Shown: positions 7,841 to 15,102, numbered from the stretch's first letter. The stretch is 24,000 bases of DNA from Dellaglioa kimchii (GCF_046115505.1 NZ_CP170737.1:15908-39907); one strand, 5' to 3'. Made by a program: numbers and translations. Notes: generated by a model from the letters alone, not told the origin.

Positions 7841-8125
7841 TTAAAATGCTGGACTGAATTGAATGGTCAAACGTTGGTTTGTTGCTTGGGCGATCTCAGA
7901 TAGTATTTTTGTTGAAGCATTCATCGAACCATTTTCAATGCGTGCAATCGTTGATTGTGGTTTACCAATCAAATTGGCAAATTCACGTTGGCTCAATCCC
8001 ATATTTGCACGAAGGTCACGAACTTTCACTGCTACCTCTAAATTAATATTTTCTTGCTCAACAATTTGTGCAAATTCAGGATTTTTTTTACTACGTTCAG
8101 CAACGTATGCATCAAGTTTACTCAT
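7841..8125 (-). CDS. XRE-family HTH antitoxin (HigA-like), 94 aa
   Basis: The HTH segment is LRANMGLSQREFANLIGKPQSTIARIENG. It overlaps the upstream toxin gene by 4 nt (ATGA) in toxin-first order, as in HigBA. Confidence 0.8.
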   Translation of the reverse strand: MSKLDAYVAERSKKNPEFAQIVEQENINLEVAVKVRDLRANMGLSQREFANLIGKPQSTIARIENGSMNASTKILSEIAQATNQRLTIQFSPAF

Positions 8126-8472
8126 TGATTTTCCTCCTTATTCAAATACTGACTGCGTCTATTCCGAGCGATTTTCTTTTCATTTTCAGGTGTCTTTTGC
8201 GTTTTTTTCGTGAAAGCGTTAGTAATAATGTATTGACTACCTTTGACTTGAAAGTAAAGAGCCCTTTGAATGTTTGAAGATCGTTTAGAACGAATTTCAT
8301 AGAGATTATTTTCTAGCTTTTTTACCCATAATTGTCTTTCCGCCACTAAGAGGCCATTATTTTCAATATTTTGAATGGTTGCAATTAATTTAGCAGCATC
8401 TTTATCAGGTAATTGATCTAAGAACTGTTCAAATTCAGCCCAATCGTAATAATCAAACTCAAATTTTTCCAT
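8122..8472 (-). CDS. RelE/ParE-superfamily toxin of the phage Gp49/HigB-like type, 116 aa
   Basis: The pattern ...VKKLENNLYEIRSKRSSNIQRALYFQVKGSQYIITNAFTKKTQKTPENEKKIA is typical of the Gp49-like (DUF891) HigB family. The gene is translationally coupled to the XRE antitoxin. Confidence 0.8.
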   Translation of the reverse strand: MEKFEFDYYDWAEFEQFLDQLPDKDAAKLIATIQNIENNGLLVAERQLWVKKLENNLYEIRSKRSSNIQRALYFQVKGSQYIITNAFTKKTQKTPENEKKIARNRRSQYLNKEENQ

Positions 8473-8478
8473 AACAAC

Positions 8479-8500
8479 ATGATAGCAGATGCGCTATCAT
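8479..8500. promoter_or_regulatory. perfect 8-6-8 palindrome ATGATAGC-agatgc-GCTATCAT between the divergent HigB-like and recombinase genes
   Basis: Read directly from the sequence. It lies 7 nt from the toxin start and 33 nt from the recombinase start. It could be a TA operator or a recombinase core-type site. Confidence 0.35.
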
Positions 8501-8532
8501 CAATCAAATTATTAACTTTAAAGGAGTAGCTA

Positions 8533-9123
8533 ATGGTGCAACAAATTGTCCTCCCCATCAAAGACTCCAACGTCTTAAAAATGGTGCAAGACACCTTATT
8601 AGATAGTTTTCGGGCGGGTCGCCGCAACTACACTATCTTTCAAGTTGGCAAAGCCACTCTACTGCGGGTGAGTGATGTGATGACGTTAAAGAAATCGGAT
8701 GTCTATAATCCCGATGGGTCTGTTAAAAACACGGCCTTTATTCATGATAAAAAGACAGGTAAAGCGAACACGTTATATTTAAAGCCCGTGCAACAAGACT
8801 TGTTGCAATATCATGATTGGCTAGTCCAACAGAATATCACTTCGGATTGGTTATTTCCCTCAACGTCCCATCCAGATCGACATATAACAGATAAGCAGTT
8901 TTATAAGGTGATGGCACGCGTTGGTGATCTATTAGGTATCAACTATCTAGGCACACATACGATGCGTAAAACAGGCGCTTACCGCGTCTATACACAGTCA
9001 AACTACAATATTGGTTTAGTCATGCACTTATTGAATCATTCGAGTGAGGCTATGACGCTTACTTATCTGGGGTTAGATCAAGCAAGTCGCGAAACAATGT
9101 TAGATCAAATTGATTTTGGGTAA
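8533..9123 (+). CDS. small tyrosine recombinase (phage-integrase family catalytic domain only), 196 aa
   Basis: Catalytic signature residues are present in LLRVSDV (Arg), GTHTMRKTGAY (His-x-x-Arg), LNHSS (His) and MTLTYLG (Tyr). An SD AAAGGAG lies upstream. Only about 45 aa precede the catalytic domain. Confidence 0.85.
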   Translation: MVQQIVLPIKDSNVLKMVQDTLLDSFRAGRRNYTIFQVGKATLLRVSDVMTLKKSDVYNPDGSVKNTAFIHDKKTGKANTLYLKPVQQDLLQYHDWLVQQNITSDWLFPSTSHPDRHITDKQFYKVMARVGDLLGINYLGTHTMRKTGAYRVYTQSNYNIGLVMHLLNHSSEAMTLTYLGLDQASRETMLDQIDFG

Positions 9124-9393
9124 TAACGCCAACTAATCTCCCTAAATTAGCACGTATTTGTTCATTTTGACGCCACTATGGAGGTATTTTTAATGACTAG
9201 GATTACTAAGGCACAATTAGACAACATCATTACACGTTGCCACCATCCGAGGTAATTGGTGCCCCATTGTCTGAAACTGCAAATAAAGGGTTGCTAGGTA
9301 ATACTTTTTGAGTCATAATTTTAGACGCTCCAATTTTTGAGTATTTGGTTTGTTTTTCACTAACAAAATATCATAACAAAGAGCTCCTATGGT

Positions 9394-9464
9394 TTTCACC
9401 CAACGGGTGAAAGCGCAAAACCCGCTGAAACGGTATTAACTTGCTGTTTCAGCGGGTTTTTGTT
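9394..9464 (+). other. two adjacent strong hairpins; the second is terminator-like
   Basis: The first is TTTCACCC-aac-GGGTGAAA (9394-9412). The second is AAAACCCGCTGAAAC-14 nt-GTTTCAGCGGGTTTT (9417-9460), followed by a T-rich run. Both lie just inside IS-end copy A. Confidence 0.5.
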
Positions 9465-9470
9465 TGTCTT

Positions 9471-9486
9471 GATGAATAATCCGGGT
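9471..9486 (-). repeat. IS1380-type terminal repeat, copy A (GATGAATAATCCGGGT)
   Basis: Its reverse complement ACCCGGATTATTCATC matches copy C at 15/16. It is preceded by a CTGAAAC...GTTTCAG hairpin like the one inside copy C. Confidence 0.5.
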
Positions 9487-9540
9487 ATTAAGTTCTACAC
9501 CATCTCACTTTTCTCGACCATAGAGCGTCTTTCTAGATAT

Positions 9541-9578
9541 CCCCGAACAGATTTACTCACCTGTTTGGGGTTTTCTTT
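9541..9578 (+). terminator. terminator-like hairpin
   Basis: CCCCGAACAG-10 nt-CTGTTTGGGG forms a 10-bp stem with one G-U pair and is followed by TTTTCTTT. Confidence 0.45.
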
Positions 9579-9745
9579 ACAAAAAAGTGTTTTTTGTCAG
9601 CAGGCGTGTTGGTAACCACTAAAAGTAACTCCCTAAGGACACCATTTTCGATGACGTAATATAACATATCGTTTCTTTGTATACATGGTTAGCTATTACA
9701 GGTCGACTCAATTAAAGGTGTTCTAAAAATATGATTTAAAATTTT

Positions 9746-9757
9746 ACCCGGATTATT
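9746..9757 (+). repeat. IS1380-type terminal repeat, copy B (12-nt core ACCCGGATTATT)
   Basis: It has the same 12-mer and the same orientation as copy C. An unidentified ORF tail (..STGKHPDALYSADLMNAAKEEAKHRGLFDLNNL*, stop 9866-9868) begins abruptly at this point. Confidence 0.45.
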
Positions 9758-9903
9758 TCTAACGAATCGACAGGCAAGCACCCTGATGCGCTATACTCTG
9801 CTGATTTAATGAACGCAGCTAAAGAAGAAGCTAAGCATCGAGGATTGTTTGACTTAAATAATCTATAACTGATTACCATATAACTAAATATCTAAAAAGA
9901 AAA

Positions 9904-9931
9904 ACGTCTTGAATATTCAAGGTGTTTTTTT
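9904..9931. terminator. bidirectional terminator hairpin
   Basis: ACGTCTTGAATATTCAAGGTGT (9904-9925) is flanked by an A-rich run on the left and T6 on the right. It lies directly 3' of the VIT gene stop (9934-9936, minus strand). Confidence 0.55.
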
Positions 9932-9933
9932 GT

Positions 9934-10419
9934 CTACAAATAATAATTCAGTAAGATACCAACGCCATAAGCAACAATTGCAGCGACGTACCCGACAGAA
10001 AGTGTGCGTAGAATTTCTGTTCTTACTTTCTGCTCTGACAGGTTGGCCTTCACCCAGCCTAGCAACGCCAAAGAGACACCGACGATGACAAAGGCGATTG
10101 GAAAGGCGATGTCTTTGTCGTGAATGAGCGCATTTGTAATTAAGTAGGCACCTAGTGGAATTAAACCGAAGACGTTAAACGAAATGAATGTCGCGATACC
10201 AGCTGCCAATGCTTTACTTTTTGATTGATTGTTATCCGATGTTGCTGACAGGTAGGCACCGGCCCCCATTGAAAAGCCATCGGCTAATAAGTTTGAGAAT
10301 CCCAAAATGATGATAACGATGTTTGAAACGTTACCACCGACCGATCCAGCAACGACTGCGAACGTCGTGATAATGCCATCTAAGCCACCGTAGACGATGG
10401 CTGAAACGTGTTTTTTCAT
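9934..10419 (-). CDS. VIT1/CCC1-family (Fe/Mn) transporter-like membrane protein, short form, 161 aa
   Basis: The N-terminal signature is AIVYGGLDGIITTFAVVAG, followed by LADGFSMGAGAYLS and several TM segments. There is no ferritin-like N-domain. Confidence 0.8.
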   Translation of the reverse strand: MKKHVSAIVYGGLDGIITTFAVVAGSVGGNVSNIVIIILGFSNLLADGFSMGAGAYLSATSDNNQSKSKALAAGIATFISFNVFGLIPLGAYLITNALIHDKDIAFPIAFVIVGVSLALLGWVKANLSEQKVRTEILRTLSVGYVAAIVAYGVGILLNYYL

Positions 10420-10532
10420 TTATTTTCTCCAGTTTCTCTCAGTGGTGATAAAACCAATATATAAGAAAAAAGTGACCAATTATCGGTAATTTCACATCGG
10501 ATTAAAAATGTTTCAAAAACGAAACAAATAAA

Positions 10533-11040
10533 ACCCGGATTATTCATGCACTAAATTTTTAACCACAGCTAAATCAGTAAAATACGATAAAACACCTTGA
10601 AACTGCCAGTACCTTGGCACAGTTTCAGGGTATTTTTTCGATTGAGCGTTTTTTGAGAAAAATAGGAACACTAAAGCCAGCCAGATTTTGCTATTTTTTT
10701 GAAAATCTACTTCGTTGTTTTATTGCCACAAAGCATTTAGTCGTTCCCAAGCTCGCCAGAACAGACCATCGAATTGTTCTTGGATGCGGCTATCTAACGT
10801 CAAAATCACCTTGCGGGCGTGCTTAGTGACACACGTCCACCGATTTTTAACAAACGGTCTCGAAAGGTATTGATTGTCCACGATTGTTGCTGGTCGTCCA
10901 ACGCAATACTCTTCATCAACCGCATCAAGTTTGATGCAATTACTGAGATCCACATGCGCGCTTGCGGTAAACACGGACGATGTCTTTTTGTGGAAGACTT
11001 AGGTTAGTGACGATGAACTGTCTACCGCCATGTTCATCAT
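10533..11040 (-). mobile_element. 3' remnant of an IS1380-family element: decayed transposase C-terminus plus terminal repeat copy C (ACCCGGATTATTCATG, 10533-10548)
   Basis: The minus-strand pieces GGRQFIVTNLSLPQKDIVRVYRKRA, HVDLSNCIKLD, ARMWISVIASNLMRLMKSIAL..TFRDRLLKIGGRV and TKHARKVILTLDSRIQEQFDGLFWRAWERLNALWQ* follow the order of ISEcp1-like transposase C-termini, but they are spread over three frames (at least 3 frameshifts). The element would end with CC, as described for IS1380-family ends. Confidence 0.55.
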
Positions 11041-11076
11041 TTAAAACGATATCCTTATTTTTAAGTATAAATCGAC

Positions 11077-11769
11077 TTAACTTGATACAAATAATAATTC
11101 ATCTAAATCAAATATCTCAACACATTTTTGGGTATGCCGTTTAATTAGACCTCTCTCTTCCAATGATGAGAACTTACGGCTTATTGTTTCTGGAGTTGTC
11201 CCCAGGTAAGTAGCCAAATCTTTTTTTGACATGGGTAAAGTCACATAAGTATGGTTTTTTTCATCTTCAACATTTTCTGATAGAAAATCAATAATTCGAG
11301 CTTCAACAGGTTCAGTACTGACTTGCACAGTTTGTTTTTCTGATAACTGTAGCCGTTTTGTAATATCCGATAATATTCGTCGCATGATTTCTGGATAGAG
11401 ATCTAAATATTGATCTAAATTCTTTTTATGAATCCTACAAATACTTGTTTCCGATATTGCTTCAGCATAATTCGAATGATAACTTTCAGTCTGTAAAATA
11501 GCAACTTCCCCCATAAAATCACCAGGATGTAGGATGCGTATAGTTTGCTCACGACCAGACTCACTTAGGCTATAAATACGTACACGTCCATTGTTTATGA
11601 TATATAATGTGTCATCTTTATCACCAAACCTAAATAATAGCTCATTCTTTACGTATTGTACTTCATTCGCTGATTGAGCAATTAGACGCATTTGTTCATC
11701 ATTGAGATGATTGAAAATCGGCACTAAACGTATACAATCTACATGACTATGATGATTATGGTTTGCCAT
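11077..11769 (-). CDS. flp: FNR-like protein (FLP), Crp/Fnr-family regulator, 230 aa
   Basis: It has a cNMP-binding-like beta-roll (RIYSLSESGREQTIRILHPGDFMGE). The C-terminal HTH recognition helix is TPETISRKF (the E--SR motif of FNR). The N-terminus reads MANHNHHSHVDCIRLVPIFNHL. Cys12 and Cys111 follow the two-Cys pattern described for Lactobacillus casei FLP. Confidence 0.85.
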   Translation of the reverse strand: MANHNHHSHVDCIRLVPIFNHLNDEQMRLIAQSANEVQYVKNELLFRFGDKDDTLYIINNGRVRIYSLSESGREQTIRILHPGDFMGEVAILQTESYHSNYAEAISETSICRIHKKNLDQYLDLYPEIMRRILSDITKRLQLSEKQTVQVSTEPVEARIIDFLSENVEDEKNHTYVTLPMSKKDLATYLGTTPETISRKFSSLEERGLIKRHTQKCVEIFDLDELLFVSS

Positions 11770-11964
11770 ACCGTTTTCCTCCTAATTAATCGTTATCTAT
11801 AAATTGTCCATTTTTTAAGTATAAGATCATCTTTTTTCGTTGTATTTTATGTGGTTAATCTCACACCAGCTTGCCCCAGAGGATAGCGTTCTGCATGACA
11901 TGCTCTCACTGAAGGTGATCATACAATGATAAATTGCCATGTCACGGCGTGACCCATTGGTGCA

Positions 11965-12507
11965 ATGTATCATGTACCAAAACAAAAAACCACTAGGGTA
12001 TACAATATCGATACAGATTATGTAAATCAATTACATAGCATAGATAAAAAAGTAGAATACCACCATGGAGAACATGATAAACCGTATTTGGGTATCATAT
12101 TAGAAATTAACGGTACAAATTATTTTGTTCCTCTTTCATCACCAAAGCCGAAGCATAATCGAATGTCTGAAAATATCACTTTTAAAAAGATAGAAAAAGA
12201 TGGACACTTATTTGCTGTTTTAAATATTAACAATATGATCCCTGTTCCACTGAATTTATGTAAAGAAATTGACATTGATAATATTTCAGATACTTACTAC
12301 AAACACTTATTAAATCAGGAATACTTTATTTGCAAGCGAAAGAAAAGAGACATTATGAAGTCAGCCGGCATAGTTCATAAATGTATTTGTGAGGAGCCTG
12401 AAAGCCATGAAAAAATGTTGAGCCGAGAAAATAAGATTTATGAAGAAAGCAATTTTAATATTCTTTTTCGGTTGATTCTGATTCGAGTGATTATGGTCTT
12501 TATCTGA
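11965..12507 (+). CDS. ToxN/AbiQ-family type III toxin-like endoribonuclease; ends may not be native
   Basis: PYLGIILEINGTNYFVPLSSPKPKHNRM and VLNINNMIPVP match the AbiQ/ToxN core pattern (GI-LEI-G--Y-aPL-SPK-kH; MIP). There is no SD before ATG 11965. About 10 extra N-terminal residues are present. The last ~15-30 codons are antisense to a separate minus-strand gene start. Confidence 0.65.
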   Translation: MYHVPKQKTTRVYNIDTDYVNQLHSIDKKVEYHHGEHDKPYLGIILEINGTNYFVPLSSPKPKHNRMSENITFKKIEKDGHLFAVLNINNMIPVPLNLCKEIDIDNISDTYYKHLLNQEYFICKRKKRDIMKSAGIVHKCICEEPESHEKMLSRENKIYEESNFNILFRLILIRVIMVFI

Positions 12508-12516
12508 TTTTGACAT
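12361..12516 (-). pseudogene. 5' remnant of a metal-transporter gene (CDF/CzcD-like start) downstream of the ArsR-family gene
   Basis: A strong SD GGAGG (12524-12528 on the plus strand, as CCTCC) precedes ATG 12516. The product begins MSKSDKDHNHSNQNQPKKNIKIAFFINLIFS, a His/Asn-rich tail followed by a TM1-like segment. It then loses similarity and stops after 51 aa. It overlaps the toxN-like 3' end. Confidence 0.35.
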
Positions 12517-12557
12517 TTAAAAACCTCCTAAGTTTGTATGCTACATACTAATTGGTT

Positions 12558-12872
12558 TTATTTTTCTAATTCATTAACATGAGTTAAGACTCGTTCGAGA
12601 ATACTAAAAACATGAAGGTCATCTAAACTGTAAAGCATACTTTTTCCTTCTCTTCTTGATTTCACTAAGCGTGCGTCTTTCAACGTTTTTAATTGATGAG
12701 AAATAGCGGACTGTTCCATGTCCAGAGAAATAGCGATATTTCCAACACTACACTCTTTTTTCTGTAAAAGAAAGAGAACCGACAATCGTGTAGGATCACT
12801 AATCACCTTAAATAGTTTGCTTATTGACAGAATAGATCCTTTATCGATTGGAGAAGTTGTTTTTATATCCAT
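12558..12872 (-). CDS. ArsR/SmtB-family metalloregulator with an alpha5 (Zn/Co/Ni-type) site, 104 aa from ATG 12872
   Basis: The HTH reads DPTRLSVLFLLQKKECSVGNIAISLDMEQSAISHQLKTLKDARLV. The C-terminal DLH-x10-H-x2-E (DDLHVFSILERVLTHVNE) fits the alpha5 DxHx10Hx2E site of CzrA/SmtB-type sensors. There is no CVC alpha3 motif. The tracked ORF starts at TTG 12935, so the start is uncertain. Confidence 0.85.
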   Translation of the reverse strand: MDIKTTSPIDKGSILSISKLFKVISDPTRLSVLFLLQKKECSVGNIAISLDMEQSAISHQLKTLKDARLVKSRREGKSMLYSLDDLHVFSILERVLTHVNELEK

Positions 12873-12979
12873 AGTGTTTTTATTCCTTTCATATGACCTT
12901 TCGTTCATATCTATATTACCATATGAGCGAAACAATGCTAATCTTTTGTTTATAAAAGAGAAGTGGCGTTCTCTTTATC

Positions 12980-13042
12980 TTGACAAAATTTATATAGCGA
13001 TATAAAATGAGTATACAAACATATGATTAATTAGTCATATGT
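12980..13042 (+). promoter_or_regulatory. sigma70-type promoter (TTGACA-17-TAAAAT) followed by a 12-12 inverted-repeat operator
   Basis: TTGACA lies at 12980-12985 and TAAAAT at 13003-13008. The palindrome ACATATGATTAA|TTAGTCATATGT (13019-13042) matches at 11/12, which is ArsR/SmtB operator architecture. It lies between the divergent arsR-family and ATPase genes. Confidence 0.65.
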
Positions 13043-13170
13043 AAAGTGGATTCATTACGATTTACTTTTGGAATAAACGAAAGGAGTCAGAAATAGCAGA
13101 AATTTATGTGATTCAAGAAGTAAATGATGGAAAACAAAGGAATTATAAATTATATAGGGAGGCAATAGAA

Positions 13171-15102
13171 GTGAAAACTATCCAAGAACAACAGTCTCAA
13201 GAAAAGCATAATCATAATCACAACCACGATCACGACCATGATCATGGGAAAATGCCAGTCGTTTTGTACTTTGTTGGTTTAGCATTAGCAGTGATTGCTC
13301 TATTTTTGAATGAAGATTATCAGTTGGTACAAAATGTTTTGTTCTCAATCGCTACAATCAGTGCCGGGTATCACGTTATTCTTCTTGAAGGCCTTGGAGA
13401 AACAATTGAGAATTCAAAAGCACAAAAAAAGTTCATACCTAATTCTCATATTTTAATGGGATTAGCGGCAATTGGAGCTTCTTTGATGGGGAATTTTTGG
13501 GAAGGAACATTATTGATTCTTATTTTTTCTGGCGCACATTTTTTGGAAGATTATGCAGAAGGAAGAAGCAAACGAGAAATAACGAAATTACTCGAAATGA
13601 ATCCAACGACTGCCCGGTTAATCCTGCCTGATGGTAGTACAAAAAATGTGGATGTCAGTGAATTAAAAGTGGGAGATCAACTTCAAGTGTTGAATGGCGA
13701 TCAAGTACCTATTGATGGCGTCATTTTGTCTGGATCTACATCCATTGATGAGTCGTCTATTAATGGAGAAAGTATCCCGAAAGAGAAATCCAAAGGAGAT
13801 GGCGTCTTCGGGAGTACAATCAATGGAACAGGTACCTTCACGATGAAAGTCACCAAAGAAAACAAAGATACAGTATTTTCAAAAATTTTACAATTAGTGA
13901 ATCAGAACCAAGATAACCAAACAAAAGCTGCGAGTATTATCCAAAAATTTGAACCGAAATATGTCACAGTTGTTTTAATTGCCATTCCTCTATTCATGTT
14001 ATTGGCTCCTTTTCTACTTGATTGGACATGGTCACAAAGTGTCTATAGAGGATTGGTCCTTTTAGTTGCAGCTTCACCGTGTGCTTTAGCAGCAGCTACT
14101 GTCTCGGCAACGCTATCGACGACTTCTAATTTAGCCAAAAAAGGAGTCCTTTCAAAAGGTAGTTCTTACCTGTCTCAATTAGCCGATATTAAAGCAATTG
14201 CATTTGATAAGACGGGCACCTTGACCAAAGGAAAACCTGAAGTAACCAATTATTATTTTGCTGATTCCGTGAACGAAGAAAACATGATTGATATCGTAGT
14301 AGCTCTTGAAAAAGAATCCAATCACCCCTTAGCAGATGCTATTCTAAGAAAGTTTGAGCAAAAAAACAAACTAACTATTGAAGTAGAAAACCAAATTGGT
14401 AAAGGATTGACGGGAGATTACAAAGGGAGAAATTATCGTATAGGAAAACCGACTTCGTTTGATGATGTTTCAGATGAATATAGTCGTTTAAATAATGAAT
14501 GGGCATCAGAAGGTAAGACAGTCGTATACGTAGCAGTAGATGAAGAGGTTATAGGCCTTATTGCCCTTATGGACGTTCCGAGTGAATATGCTAAAGAAAC
14601 CATTGAATATTTTAGGAAACAAGGTATACACACCACATTAATTACTGGTGACTCAGAAATGACGGGAAAAGCGGTTGCTAAACAATTAGGAATAGATGAA
14701 GTGATTACGAATGTCATGCCGGAAGACAAATCCAGAATTATAGACGAACAAAAAGAAAAATACGGCGTGACCGCCATGGTTGGAGACGGTGTAAATGATG
14801 CTCCTGCTCTTGTTAATGCAGATGTGGGAATCGCTATGGGAGATGGGACTGATGTGGCAGTAGAGGTATCTGATTTAGTTTTAATGCAAAACAATTTATC
14901 TAAATTGGTACAATCTCATAATATTTCTTCGAAAATGAACCGTGTTATTTGGCAGAATATTATTTTTTCAATGGCCGTTGTTGCTTTTTTAATTGTCGTT
15001 AGTTTCTTAGGCTTAACGGATATTGCAATCAGTGTCATTATTCATGAAGGAAGTACTTTGGTTGTTATTTTGAATGGACTTCGATTGCTAAAGGCAGTCT
15101 AA
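13171..15102 (+). CDS. P1B-4-type (SPC motif) heavy-metal ATPase with a His-rich N-terminus, 643 aa from GTG 13171
   Basis: Motifs are the N-terminal HNHNHNHDHDHDHG, the TM motif AASPCALAAAT, FDKTGTLT, GDGVNDAPAL and HEGSTLVVILNGLRLL. The actuator loop reads SSINGESIP (NGE where TGE is usual). GTG 13171 has the SD GGGAGG 8 nt upstream. The tracked start at 13108 has no SD within range. Confidence 0.85.
   Translation: MKTIQEQQSQEKHNHNHNHDHDHDHGKMPVVLYFVGLALAVIALFLNEDYQLVQNVLFSIATISAGYHVILLEGLGETIENSKAQKKFIPNSHILMGLAAIGASLMGNFWEGTLLILIFSGAHFLEDYAEGRSKREITKLLEMNPTTARLILPDGSTKNVDVSELKVGDQLQVLNGDQVPIDGVILSGSTSIDESSINGESIPKEKSKGDGVFGSTINGTGTFTMKVTKENKDTVFSKILQLVNQNQDNQTKAASIIQKFEPKYVTVVLIAIPLFMLLAPFLLDWTWSQSVYRGLVLLVAASPCALAAATVSATLSTTSNLAKKGVLSKGSSYLSQLADIKAIAFDKTGTLTKGKPEVTNYYFADSVNEENMIDIVVALEKESNHPLADAILRKFEQKNKLTIEVENQIGKGLTGDYKGRNYRIGKPTSFDDVSDEYSRLNNEWASEGKTVVYVAVDEEVIGLIALMDVPSEYAKETIEYFRKQGIHTTLITGDSEMTGKAVAKQLGIDEVITNVMPEDKSRIIDEQKEKYGVTAMVGDGVNDAPALVNADVGIAMGDGTDVAVEVSDLVLMQNNLSKLVQSHNISSKMNRVIWQNIIFSMAVVAFLIVVSFLGLTDIAISVIIHEGSTLVVILNGLRLLKAV

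Noticed and set aside
7863-8627. ORFs 7863-8213, 8068-8277 and 8418-8627 overlapping the HigBA-like genes
   Set aside because: They are antisense or out of frame relative to two coupled, family-matching TA genes, so they are shadow ORFs.
9471-10548. Short ORFs starting MNNPG on the inward-facing strand at IS-end copies A and C, the second ending at the VIT start codon (possible leader peptide)
   Set aside because: The shared MNNPG start is simply the repeated sequence ATGAATAATCCGGGT read as codons. The downstream peptides are unrelated and lack an SD.
10420-10620. Possible Mn/Fe riboswitch (yybP-ykoY type) in the leader of the VIT-family gene
   Set aside because: Reading the minus-strand leader, I could not find the conserved G-rich and GAGA-type blocks of that riboswitch. 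There is only a small GTTTC...GAAAC hairpin and the IS end. An Infernal scan would be needed to exclude it formally.
10614-11007. Plus-strand ORFs 10614-10826 and 10819-11007, and the 84-aa minus-strand ORF 10720-10974 taken as an intact gene
   Set aside because: The only meaningful similarity is to fragments of an IS1380-family transposase spread over three minus-strand frames. None of the tracked ORFs is a complete gene.
11056-11824. 13-mer TTTTTAAGTATAA on both sides of the flp gene (about 11059-11071 and 11812-11824), as cassette-like direct repeats
   Set aside because: An AT-rich 13-mer match is within chance expectation for a window of this size and composition. No further flanking homology is present. 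I note it only because of its symmetric position around the gene.
11827-12030. Minus-strand 67-aa ORF in the flp-toxN intergenic region
   Set aside because: It has no SD and odd composition, and it overlaps the toxN-like start. It is probably spurious. I also checked it as a possible protein antitoxin and found no HTH or other recognisable feature.
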